From: Naegleria gruberi
Lineage: Eukaryota
DNA: 64,000 nucleotides
Assembly: GCA_000004985.1 (NCBI GenBank)
Contig: GG738923.1
Reading direction: 5' to 3' (one strand)
In this document: in pieces, positions 38,101 through 50,100 of the stretch
Numbering within the stretch: the stretch's first letter is position 1
Layout of the letters: each line of letters opens with the position of its first letter
Notes under the pieces: generated by a model
Databases searched by the model: none
Told to the model about the DNA's origin: nothing
Seen by the model: the letters and a program-made list of their open reading frames with translations, nothing else
Translations under genes and position numbers: made by a program

Positions 38101-41100
38101 NNNNNNNNNNNNNNNNNNNNNNNNNNNNNNNNNNNNNNNNNNNNNNNNNNNNNNNNNNNNNNNNNNNNNNNNNNNNNNNNNNNNNNNNNNNNNNNNNNNN
38201 NNNNNNNNNNNNNNNNNNNNNNNNNNNNNNNNNNNNNNNNNNNNNNNNNNNNNNNNNNNNNNNNNNNNNNNNNNNNNNNNNNNNNNNNNNNNNNNNNNNN
38301 NNNNNNNNNNNNNNNNNNNNNNNNNNNNNNNNNNNNNNNNNNNNNNNNNNNNNNNNNNNNNNNNNNNNNNNNNNNNNNNNNNNNNNNNNNNNNNNNNNNN
38401 NNNNNNNNNNNNNNNNNNNNNNNNNNNNNNNNNNNNNNNNNNNNNNNNNNNNNNNNNNNNNNNNNNNNNNNNNNNNNNNNNNNNNNNNNNNNNNNNNNNN
38501 NNNNNNNNNNNNNNNNNNNNNNNNNNNNNNNNNNNNNNNNNNNNNNNNNNNNNNNNNNNNNNNNNNNNNNNNNNNNNNNNNNNNNNNNNNNNNNNNNNNN
38601 NNNNNNNNNNNNNNNNNNNNNNNNNNNNNNNNNNNNNNNNNNNNNNNNNNNNNNNNNNNNNNNNNNNNNNNNNNNNNNNNNNNNNNNNNNNNNNNNNNNN
38701 NNNNNNNNNNNNNNNNNNNNNNNNNNNNNNNNNNNNNNNNNNNNNNNNNNNNNNNNNNNNNNNNNNNNNNNNNNNNNNNNNNNNNNNNNNNNNNNNNNNN
38801 NNNNNNNNNNNNNNNNNNNNNNNNNNNNNNNNNNNNNNNNNNNNNNNNNNNNNNNNNNNNNNNNNNNNNNNNNNNNNNNNNNNNNNNNNNNNNNNNNNNN
38901 NNNNNNNNNNNNNNNNNNNNNNNNNNNNNNNNNNNNNNNNNNNNNNNNNNNNNNNNNNNNNNNNNNNNNNNNNNNNNNNNNNNNNNNNNNNNNNNNNNNN
39001 NNNNNNNNNNNNNNNNNNNNNNNNNNNNNNNNNNNNNNNNNNNNNNNNNNNNNNNNNNNNNNNNNNNNNNNNNNNNNNNNNNNNNNNNNNNNNNNNNNNN
39101 NNNNNNNNNNNNNNNNNNNNNNNNNNNNNNNNNNNNNNNNNNNNNNNNNNNNNNNNNNNNNNNNNNNNNNNNNNNNNNNNNNNNNNNNNNNNNNNNNNNN
39201 NNNNNNNNNNNNNNNNNNNNNNNNNNNNNNNNNNNNNNNNNNNNNNNNNNNNNNNNNNNNNNNNNNNNNNNNNNNNNNNNNNNNNNNNNNNNNNNNNNNN
39301 NNNNNNNNNNNNNNNNNNNNNNNNNNNNNNNNNNNNNNNNNNNNNNNNNNNNNNNNNNNNNNNNNNNNNNNNNNNNNNNNNNNNNNNNNNNNNNNNNNNN
39401 NNNNNNNNNNNNNNNNNNNNNNNNNNNNNNNNNNNNNNNNNNNNNNNNNNNNNNNNNNNNNNNNNNNNNNNNNNNNNNNNNNNNNNNNNNNNNNNNNNNN
39501 NNNNNNNNNNNNNNNNNNNNNNNNNNNNNNNNNNNNNNNNNNNNNNNNNNNNNNNNNNNNNNNNNNNNNNNNNNNNNNNNNNNNNNNNNNNNNNNNNNNN
39601 NNNNNNNNNNNNNNNNNNNNNNNNNNNNNNNNNNNNNNNNNNNNNNNNNNNNNNNNNNNNNNNNNNNNNNNNNNNNNNNNNNNNNNNNNNNNNNNNNNNN
39701 NNNNNNNNNNNNNNNNNNNNNNNNNNNNNNNNNNNNNNNNNNNNNNNNNNNNNNNNNNNNNNNNNNNNNNNNNNNNNNNNNNNNNNNNNNNNNNNNNNNN
39801 NNNNNNNNNNNNNNNNNNNNNNNNNNNNNNNNNNNNNNNNNNNNNNNNNNNNNNNNNNNNNNNNNNNNNNNNNNNNNNNNNNNNNNNNNNNNNNNNNNNN
39901 NNNNNNNNNNNNNNNNNNNNNNNNNNNNNNNNNNNNNNNNNNNNNNNNNNNNNNNNNNNNNNNNNNNNNNNNNNNNNNNNNNNNNNNNNNNNNNNNNNNN
40001 NNNNNNNNNNNNNNNNNNNNNNNNNNNNNNNNNNNNNNNNNNNNNNNNNNNNNNNNNNNNNNNNNNNNNNNNNNNNNNNNNNNNNNNNNNNNNNNNNNNN
40101 NNNNNNNNNNNNNNNNNNNNNNNNNNNNNNNNNNNNNNNNNNNNNNNNNNNNNNNNNNNNNNNNNNNNNNNNNNNNNNNNNNNNNNNNNNNNNNNNNNNN
40201 NNNNNNNNNNNNNNNNNNNNNNNNNNNNNNNNNNNNNNNNNNNNNNNNNNNNNNNNNNNNNNNNNNNNNNNNNNNNNNNNNNNNNNNNNNNNNNNNNNNN
40301 NNNNNNNNNNNNNNNNNNNNNNNNNNNNNNNNNNNNNNNNNNNNNNNNNNNNNNNNNNNNNNNNNNNNNNNNNNNNNNNNNNNNNNNNNNNNNNNNNNNN
40401 NNNNNNNNNNNNNNNNNNNNNNNNNNNNNNNNNNNNNNNNNNNNNNNNNNNNNNNNNNNNNNNNNNNNNNNNNNNNNNNNNNNNNNNNNNNNNNNNNNNN
40501 NNNNNNNNNNNNNNNNNNNNNNNNNNNNNNNNNNNNNNNNNNNNNNNNNNNNNNNNNNNNNNNNNNNNNNNNNNNNNNNNNNNNNNNNNNNNNNNNNNNN
40601 NNNNNNNNNNNNNNNNNNNNNNNNNNNNNNNNNNNNNNNNNNNNNNNNNNNNNNNNNNNNNNNNNNNNNNNNNNNNNNNNNNNNNNNNNNNNNNNNNNNN
40701 NNNNNNNNNNNNNNNNNNNNNNNNNNNNNNNNNNNNNNNNNNNNNNNNNNNNNNNNNNNNNNNNNNNNNNNNNNNNNNNNNNNNNNNNNNNNNNNNNNNN
40801 NNNNNNNNNNNNNNNNNNNNNNNNNNNNNNNNNNNNNNNNNNNNNNNNNNNNNNNNNNNNNNNNNNNNNNNNNNNNNNNNNNNNNNNNNNNNNNNNNNNN
40901 NNNNNNNNNNNNNNNNNNNNNNNNNNNNNNNNNNNNNNNNNNNNNNNNNNNNNNNNNNNNNNNNNNNNNNNNNNNNNNNNNNNNNNNNNNNNNNNNNNNN
41001 NNNNNNNNNNNNNNNNNNNNNNNNNNNNNNNNNNNNNNNNNNNNNNNNNNNNNNNNNNNNNNNNNNNNNNNNNNNNNNNNNNNNNNNNNNNNNNNNNNNN

Positions 41101-44100
41101 NNNNNNNNNNNNNNNNNNNNNNNNNNNNNNNNNNNNNNNNNNNNNNNNNNNNNNNNNNNNNNNNNNNNNNNNNNNNNNNNNNNNNNNNNNNNNNNNNNNN
41201 NNNNNNNNNNNNNNNNNNNNNNNNNNNNNNNNNNNNNNNNNNNNNNNNNNNNNNNNNNNNNNNNNNNNNNNNNNNNNNNNNNNNNNNNNNNNNNNNNNNN
41301 NNNNNNNNNNNNNNNNNNNNNNNNNNNNNNNNNNNNNNNNNNNNNNNNNNNNNNNNNNNNNNNNNNNNNNNNNNNNNNNNNNNNNNNNNNNNNNNNNNNN
41401 NNNNNNNNNNNNNNNNNNNNNNNNNNNNNNNNNNNNNNNNNNNNNNNNNNNNNNNNNNNNNNNNNNNNNNNNNNNNNNNNNNNNNNNNNNNNNNNNNNNN
41501 NNNNNNNNNNNNNNNNNNNNNNNNNNNNNNNNNNNNNNNNNNNNNNNNNNNNNNNNNNNNNNNNNNNNNNNNNNNNNNNNNNNNNNNNNNNNNNNNNNNN
41601 NNNNNNNNNNNNNNNNNNNNNNNNNNNNNNNNNNNNNNNNNNNNNNNNNNNNNNNNNNNNNNNNNNNNNNNNNNNNNNNNNNNNNNNNNNNNNNNNNNNN
41701 NNNNNNNNNNNNNNNNNNNNNNNNNNNNNNNNNNNNNNNNNNNNNNNNNNNNNNNNNNNNNNNNNNNNNNNNNNNNNNNNNNNNNNNNNNNNNNNNNNNN
41801 NNNNNNNNNNNNNNNNNNNNNNNNNNNNNNNNNNNNNNNNNNNNNNNNNNNNNNNNNNNNNNNNNNNNNNNNNNNNNNNNNNNNNNNNNNNNNNNNNNNN
41901 NNNNNNNNNNNNNNNNNNNNNNNNNNNNNNNNNNNNNNNNNNNNNNNNNNNNNNNNNNNNNNNNNNNNNNNNNNNNNNNNNNNNNNNNNNNNNNNNNNNN
42001 NNNNNNNNNNNNNNNNNNNNNNNNNNNNNNNNNNNNNNNNNNNNNNNNNNNNNNNNNNNNNNNNNNNNNNNNNNNNNNNNNNNNNNNNNNNNNNNNNNNN
42101 NNNNNNNNNNNNNNNNNNNNNNNNNNNNNNNNNNNNNNNNNNNNNNNNNNNNNNNNNNNNNNNNNNNNNNNNNNNNNNNNNNNNNNNNNNNNNNNNNNNN
42201 NNNNNNNNNNNNNNNNNNNNNNNNNNNNNNNNNNNNNNNNNNNNNNNNNNNNNNNNNNNNNNNNNNNNNNNNNNNNNNNNNNNNNNNNNNNNNNNNNNNN
42301 NNNNNNNNNNNNNNNNNNNNNNNNNNNNNNNNNNNNNNNNNNNNNNNNNNNNNNNNNNNNNNNNNNNNNNNNNNNNNNNNNNNNNNNNNNNNNNNNNNNN
42401 NNNNNNNNNNNNNNNNNNNNNNNNNNNNNNNNNNNNNNNNNNNNNNNNNNNNNNNNNNNNNNNNNNNNNNNNNNNNNNNNNNNNNNNNNNNNNNNNNNNN
42501 NNNNNNNNNNNNNNNNNNNNNNNNNNNNNNNNNNNNNNNNNNNNNNNNNNNNNNNNNNNNNNNNNNNNNNNNNNNNNNNNNNNNNNNNNNNNNNNNNNNN
42601 NNNNNNNNNNNNNNNNNNNNNNNNNNNNNNNNNNNNNNNNNNNNNNNNNNNNNNNNNNNNNNNNNNNNNNNNNNNNNNNNNNNNNNNNNNNNNNNNNNNN
42701 NNNNNNNNNNNNNNNNNNNNNNNNNNNNNNNNNNNNNNNNNNNNNNNNNNNNNNNNNNNNNNNNNNNNNNNNNNNNNNNNNNNNNNNNNNNNNNNNNNNN
42801 NNNNNNNNNNNNNNNNNNNNNNNNNNNNNNNNNNNNNNNNNNNNNNNNNNNNNNNNNNNNNNNNNNNNNNNNNNNNNNNNNNNNNNNNNNNNNNNNNNNN
42901 NNNNNNNNNNNNNNNNNNNNNNNNNNNNNNNNNNNNNNNNNNNNNNNNNNNNNNNNNNNNNNNNNNNNNNNNNNNNNNNNNNNNNNNNNNNNNNNNNNNN
43001 NNNNNNNNNNNNNNNNNNNNNNNNNNNNNNNNNNNNNNNNNNNNNNNNNNNNNNNNNNNNNNNNNNNNNNNNNNNNNNNNNNNNNNNNNNNNNNNNNNNN
43101 NNNNNNNNNNNNNNNNNNNNNNNNNNNNNNNNNNNNNNNNNNNNNNNNNNNNNNNNNNNNNNNNNNNNNNNNNNNNNNNNNNNNNNNNNNNNNNNNNNNN
43201 NNNNNNNNNNNNNNNNNNNNNNNNNNNNNNNNNNNNNNNNNNNNNNNNNNNNNNNNNNNNNNNNNNNNNNNNNNNNNNNNNNNNNNNNNNNNNNNNNNNN
43301 NNNNNNNNNNNNNNNNNNNNNNNNNNNNNNNNNNNNNNNNNNNNNNNNNNNNNNNNNNNNNNNNNNNNNNNNNNNNNNNNNNNNNNNNNNNNNNNNNNNN
43401 NNNNNNNNNNNNNNNNNNNNNNNNNNNNNNNNNNNNNNNNNNNNNNNNNNNNNNNNNNNNNNNNNNNNNNNNNNNNNNNNNNNNNNNNNNNNNNNNNNNN
43501 NNNNNNNNNNNNNNNNNNNNNNNNNNNNNNNNNNNNNNNNNNNNNNNNNNNNNNNNNNNNNNNNNNNNNNNNNNNNNNNNNNNNNNNNNNNNNNNNNNNN
43601 NNNNNNNNNNNNNNNNNNNNNNNNNNNNNNNNNNNNNNNNNNNNNNNNNNNNNNNNNNNNNNNNNNNNNNNNNNNNNNNNNNNNNNNNNNNNNNNNNNNN
43701 NNNNNNNNNNNNNNNNNNNNNNNNNNNNNNNNNNNNNNNNNNNNNNNNNNNNNNNNNNNNNNNNNNNNNNNNNNNNNNNNNNNNNNNNNNNNNNNNNNNN
43801 NNNNNNNNNNNNNNNNNNNNNNNNNNNNNNNNNNNNNNNNNNNNNNNNNNNNNNNNNNNNNNNNNNNNNNNNNNNNNNNNNNNNNNNNNNNNNNNNNNNN
43901 NNNNNNNNNNNNNNNNNNNNNNNNNNNNNNNNNNNNNNNNNNNNNNNNNNNNNNNNNNNNNNNNNNNNNNNNNNNNNNNNNNNNNNNNNNNNNNNNNNNN
44001 NNNNNNNNNNNNNNNNNNNNNNNNNNNNNNNNNNNNNNNNNNNNNNNNNNNNNNNNNNNNNNNNNNNNNNNNNNNNNNNNNNNNNNNNNNNNNNNNNNNN

Positions 44101-47100
44101 NNNNNNNNNNNNNNNNNNNNNNNNNNNNNNNNNNNNNNNNNNNNNNNNNNNNNNNNNNNNNNNNNNNNNNNNNNNNNNNNNNNNNNNNNNNNNNNNNNNN
44201 NNNNNNNNNNNNNNNNNNNNNNNNNNNNNNNNNNNNNNNNNNNNNNNNNNNNNNNNNNNNNNNNNNNNNNNNNNNNNNNNNNNNNNNNNNNNNNNNNNNN
44301 NNNNNNNNNNNNNNNNNNNNNNNNNNNNNNNNNNNNNNNNNNNNNNNNNNNNNNNNNNNNNNNNNNNNNNNNNNNNNNNNNNNNNNNNNNNNNNNNNNNN
44401 NNNNNNNNNNNNNNNNNNNNNNNNNNNNNNNNNNNNNNNNNNNNNNNNNNNNNNNNNNNNNNNNNNNNNNNNNNNNNNNNNNNNNNNNNNNNNNNNNNNN
44501 NNNNNNNNNNNNNNNNNNNNNNNNNNNNNNNNNNNNNNNNNNNNNNNNNNNNNNNNNNNNNNNNNNNNNNNNNNNNNNNNNNNNNNNNNNNNNNNNNNNN
44601 NNNNNNNNNNNNNNNNNNNNNNNNNNNNNNNNNNNNNNNNNNNNNNNNNNNNNNNNNNNNNNNNNNNNNNNNNNNNNNNNNNNNNNNNNNNNNNNNNNNN
44701 NNNNNNNNNNNNNNNNNNNNNNNNNNNNNNNNNNNNNNNNNNNNNNNNNNNNNNNNNNNNNNNNNNNNNNNNNNNNNNNNNNNNNNNNNNNNNNNNNNNN
44801 NNNNNNNNNNNNNNNNNNNNNNNNNNNNNNNNNNNNNNNNNNNNNNNNNNNNNNNNNNNNNNNNNNNNNNNNNNNNNNNNNNNNNNNNNNNNNNNNNNNN
44901 NNNNNNNNNNNNNNNNNNNNNNNNNNNNNNNNNNNNNNNNNNNNNNNNNNNNNNNNNNNNNNNNNNNNNNNNNNNNNNNNNNNNNNNNNNNNNNNNNNNN
45001 NNNNNNNNNNNNNNNNNNNNNNNNNNNNNNNNNNNNNNNNNNNNNNNNNNNNNNNNNNNNNNNNNNNNNNNNNNNNNNNNNNNNNNNNNNNNNNNNNNNN
45101 NNNNNNNNNNNNNNNNNNNNNNNNNNNNNNNNNNNNNNNNNNNNNNNNNNNNNNNNNNNNNNNNNNNNNNNNNNNNNNNNNNNNNNNNNNNNNNNNNNNN
45201 NNNNNNNNNNNNNNNNNNNNNNNNNNNNNNNNNNNNNNNNNNNNNNNNNNNNNNNNNNNNNNNNNNNNNNNNNNNNNNNNNNNNNNNNNNNNNNNNNNNN
45301 NNNNNNNNNNNNNNNNNNNNNNNNNNNNNNNNNNNNNNNNNNNNNNNNNNNNNNNNNNNNNNNNNNNNNNNNNNNNNNNNNNNNNNNNNNNNNNNNNNNN
45401 NNNNNNNNNNNNNNNNNNNNNNNNNNNNNNNNNNNNNNNNNNNNNNNNNNNNNNNNNNNNNNNNNNNNNNNNNNNNNNNNNNNNNNNNNNNNNNNNNNNN
45501 NNNNNNNNNNNNNNNNNNNNNNNNNNNNNNNNNNNNNNNNNNNNNNNNNNNNNNNNNNNNNNNNNNNNNNNNNNNNNNNNNNNNNNNNNNNNNNNNNNNN
45601 NNNNNNNNNNNNNNNNNNNNNNNNNNNNNNNNNNNNNNNNNNNNNNNNNNNNNNNNNNNNNNNNNNNNNNNNNNNNNNNNNNNNNNNNNNNNNNNNNNNN
45701 NNNNNNNNNNNNNNNNNNNNNNNNNNNNNNNNNNNNNNNNNNNNNNNNNNNNNNNNNNNNNNNNNNNNNNNNNNNNNNNNNNNNNNNNNNNNNNNNNNNN
45801 NNNNNNNNNNNNNNNNNNNNNNNNNNNNNNNNNNNNNNNNNNNNNNNNNNNNNNNNNNNNNNNNNNNNNNNNNNNNNNNNNNNNNNNNNNNNNNNNNNNN
45901 NNNNNNNNNNNNNNNNNNNNNNNNNNNNNNNNNNNNNNNNNNNNNNNNNNNNNNNNNNNNNNNNNNNNNNNNNNNNNNNNNNNNNNNNNNNNNNNNNNNN
46001 NNNNNNNNNNNNNNNNNNNNNNNNNNNNNNNNNNNNNNNNNNNNNNNNNNNNNNNNNNNNNNNNNNNNNNNNNNNNNNNNNNNNNNNNNNNNNNNNNNNN
46101 NNNNNNNNNNNNNNNNNNNNNNNNNNNNNNNNNNNNNNNNNNNNNNNNNNNNNNNNNNNNNNNNNNNNNNNNNNNNNNNNNNNNNNNNNNNNNNNNNNNN
46201 NNNNNNNNNNNNNNNNNNNNNNNNNNNNNNNNNNNNNNNNNNNNNNNNNNNNNNNNNNNNNNNNNNNNNNNNNNNNNNNNNNNNNNNNNNNNNNNNNNNN
46301 NNNNNNNNNNNNNNNNNNNNNNNNNNNNNNNNNNNNNNNNNNNNNNNNNNNNNNNNNNNNNNNNNNNNNNNNNNNNNNNNNNNNNNNNNNNNNNNNNNNN
46401 NNNNNNNNNNNNNNNNNNNNNNNNNNNNNNNNNNNNNNNNNNNNNNNNNNNNNNNNNNNNNNNNNNNNNNNNNNNNNNNNNNNNNNNNNNNNNNNNNNNN
46501 NNNNNNNNNNNNNNNNNNNNNNNNNNNNNNNNNNNNNNNNNNNNNNNNNNNNNNNNNNNNNNNNNNNNNNNNNNNNNNNNNNNNNNNNNNNNNNNNNNNN
46601 NNNNNNNNNNNNNNNNNNNNNNNNNNNNNNNNNNNNNNNNNNNNNNNNNNNNNNNNNNNNNNNNNNNNNNNNNNNNNNNNNNNNNNNNNNNNNNNNNNNN
46701 NNNNNNNNNNNNNNNNNNNNNNNNNNNNNNNNNNNNNNNNNNNNNNNNNNNNNNNNNNNNNNNNNNNNNNNNNNNNNNNNNNNNNNNNNNNNNNNNNNNN
46801 NNNNNNNNNNNNNNNNNNNNNNNNNNNNNNNNNNNNNNNNNNNNNNNNNNNNNNNNNNNNNNNNNNNNNNNNNNNNNNNNNNNNNNNNNNNNNNNNNNNN
46901 NNNNNNNNNNNNNNNNNNNNNNNNNNNNNNNNNNNNNNNNNNNNNNNNNNNNNNNNNNNNNNNNNNNNNNNNNNNNNNNNNNNNNNNNNNNNNNNNNNNN
47001 NNNNNNNNNNNNNNNNNNNNNNNNNNNNNNNNNNNNNNNNNNNNNNNNNNNNNNNNNNNNNNNNNNNNNNNNNNNNNNNNNNNNNNNNNNNNNNNNNNNN

Positions 47101-50100
47101 NNNNNNNNNNNNNNNNNNNNNNNNNNNNNNNNNNNNNNNNNNNNNNNNNNNNNNNNNNNNNNNNNNNNNNNNNNNNNNNNNNNNNNNNNNNNNNNNNNNN
47201 NNNNNNNNNNNNNNNNNNNNNNNNNNNNNNNNNNNNNNNNNNNNNNNNNNNNNNNNNNNNNNNNNNNNNNNNNNNNNNNNNNNNNNNNNNNNNNNNNNNN
47301 NNNNNNNNNNNNNNNNNNNNNNNNNNNNNNNNNNNNNNNNNNNNNNNNNNNNNNNNNNNNNNNNNNNNNNNNNNNNNNNNNNNNNNNNNNNNNNNNNNNN
47401 NNNNNNNNNNNNNNNNNNNNNNNNNNNNNNNNNNNNNNNNNNNNNNNNNNNNNNNNNNNNNNNNNNNNNNNNNNNNNNNNNNNNNNNNNNNNNNNNNNNN
47501 NNNNNNNNNNNNNNNNNNNNNNNNNNNNNNNNNNNNNNNNNNNNNNNNNNNNNNNNNNNNNNNNNNNNNNNNNNNNNNNNNNNNNNNNNNNNNNNNNNNN
47601 NNNNNNNNNNNNNNNNNNNNNNNNNNNNNNNNNNNNNNNNNNNNNNNNNNNNNNNNNNNNNNNNNNNNNNNNNNNNNNNNNNNNNNNNNNNNNNNNNNNN
47701 NNNNNNNNNNNNNNNNNNNNNNNNNNNNNNNNNNNNNNNNNNNNNNNNNNNNNNNNNNNNNNNNNNNNNNNNNNNNNNNNNNNNNNNNNNNNNNNNNNNN
47801 NNNNNNNNNNNNNNNNNNNNNNNNNNNNNNNNNNNNNNNNNNNNNNNNNNNNNNNNNNNNNNNNNNNNNNNNNNNNNNNNNNNNNNNNNNNNNNNNNNNN
47901 NNNNNNNNNNNNNNNNNNNNNNNNNNNNNNNNNNNNNNNNNNNNNNNNNNNNNNNNNNNNNNNNNNNNNNNNNNNNNNNNNNNNNNNNNNNNNNNNNNNN
48001 NNNNNNNNNNNNNNNNNNNNNNNNNNNNNNNNNNNNNNNNNNNNNNNNNNNNNNNNNNNNNNNNNNNNNNNNNNNNNNNNNNNNNNNNNNNNNNNNNNNN
48101 NNNNNNNNNNNNNNNNNNNNNNNNNNNNNNNNNNNNNNNNNNNNNNNNNNNNNNNNNNNNNNNNNNNNNNNNNNNNNNNNNNNNNNNNNNNNNNNNNNNN
48201 NNNNNNNNNNNNNNNNNNNNNNNNNNNNNNNNNNNNNNNNNNNNNNNNNNNNNNNNNNNNNNNNNNNNNNNNNNNNNNNNNNNNNNNNNNNNNNNNNNNN
48301 NNNNNNNNNNNNNNNNNNNNNNNNNNNNNNNNNNNNNNNNNNNNNNNNNNNNNNNNNNNNNNNNNNNNNNNNNNNNNNNNNNNNNNNNNNNNNNNNNNNN
48401 NNNNNNNNNNNNNNNNNNNNNNNNNNNNNNNNNNNNNNNNNNNNNNNNNNNNNNNNNNNNNNNNNNNNNNNNNNNNNNNNNNNNNNNNNNNNNNNNNNNN
48501 NNNNNNNNNNNNNNNNNNNNNNNNNNNNNNNNNNNNNNNNNNNNNNNNNNNNNNNNNNNNNNNNNNNNNNNNNNNNNNNNNNNNNNNNNNNNNNNNNNNN
48601 NNNNNNNNNNNNNNNNNNNNNNNNNNNNNNNNNNNNNNNNNNNNNNNNNNNNNNNNNNNNNNNNNNNNNNNNNNNNNNNNNNNNNNNNNNNNNNNNNNNN
48701 NNNNNNNNNNNNNNNNNNNNNNNNNNNNNNNNNNNNNNNNNNNNNNNNNNNNNNNNNNNNNNNNNNNNNNNNNNNNNNNNNNNNNNNNNNNNNNNNNNNN
48801 NNNNNNNNNNNNNNNNNNNNNNNNNNNNNNNNNNNNNNNNNNNNNNNNNNNNNNNNNNNNNNNNNNNNNNNNNNNNNNNNNNNNNNNNNNNNNNNNNNNN
48901 NNNNNNNNNNNNNNNNNNNNNNNNNNNNNNNNNNNNNNNNNNNNNNNNNNNNNNNNNNNNNNNNNNNNNNNNNNNNNNNNNNNNNNNNNNNNNNNNNNNN
49001 NNNNNNNNNNNNNNNNNNNNNNNNNNNNNNNNNNNNNNNNNNNNNNNNNNNNNNNNNNNNNNNNNNNNNNNNNNNNNNNNNNNNNNNNNNNNNNNNNNNN
49101 NNNNNNNNNNNNNNNNNNNNNNNNNNNNNNNNNNNNNNNNNNNNNNNNNNNNNNNNNNNNNNNNNNNNNNNNNNNNNNNNNNNNNNNNNNNNNNNNNNNN
49201 NNNNNNNNNNNNNNNNNNNNNNNNNNNNNNNNNNNNNNNNNNNNNNNNNNNNNNNNNNNNNNNNNNNNNNNNNNNNNNNNNNNNNNNNNNNNNNNNNNNN
49301 NNNNNNNNNNNNNNNNNNNNNNNNNNNNNNNNNNNNNNNNNNNNNNNNNNNNNNNNNNNNNNNNNNNNNNNNNNNNNNNNNNNNNNNNNNNNNNNNNNNN
49401 NNNNNNNNNNNNNNNNNNNNNNNNNNNNNNNNNNNNNNNNNNNNNNNNNNNNNNNNNNNNNNNNNNNNNNNNNNNNNNNNNNNNNNNNNNNNNNNNNNNN
49501 NNNNNNNNNNNNNNNNNNNNNNNNNNNNNNNNNNNNNNNNNNNNNNNNNNNNNNNNNNNNNNNNNNNNNNNNNNNNNNNNNNNNNNNNNNNNNNNNNNNN
49601 NNNNNNNNNNNNNNNNNNNNNNNNNNNNNNNNNNNNNNNNNNNNNNNNNNNNNNNNNNNNNNNNNNNNNNNNNNNNNNNNNNNNNNNNNNNNNNNNNNNN
49701 NNNNNNNNNNNNNNNNNNNNNNNNNNNNNNNNNNNNNNNNNNNNNNNNNNNNNNNNNNNNNNNNNNNNNNNNNNNNNNNNNNNNNNNNNNNNNNNNNNNN
49801 NNNNNNNNNNNNNNNNNNNNNNNNNNNNNNNNNNNNNNNNNNNNNNNNNNNNNNNNNNNNNNNNNNNNNNNNNNNNNNNNNNNNNNNNNNNNNNNNNNNN
49901 NNNNNNNNNNNNNNNNNNNNNNNNNNNNNNNNNNNNNNNNNNNNNNNNNNNNNNNNNNNNNNNNNNNNNNNNNNNNNNNNNNNNNNNNNNNNNNNNNNNN
50001 NNNNNNNNNNNNNNNNNNNNNNNNNNNNNNNNNNNNNNNNNNNNNNNNNNNNNNNNNNNNNNNNNNNNNNNNNNNNNNNNNNNNNNNNNNNNNNNNNNNN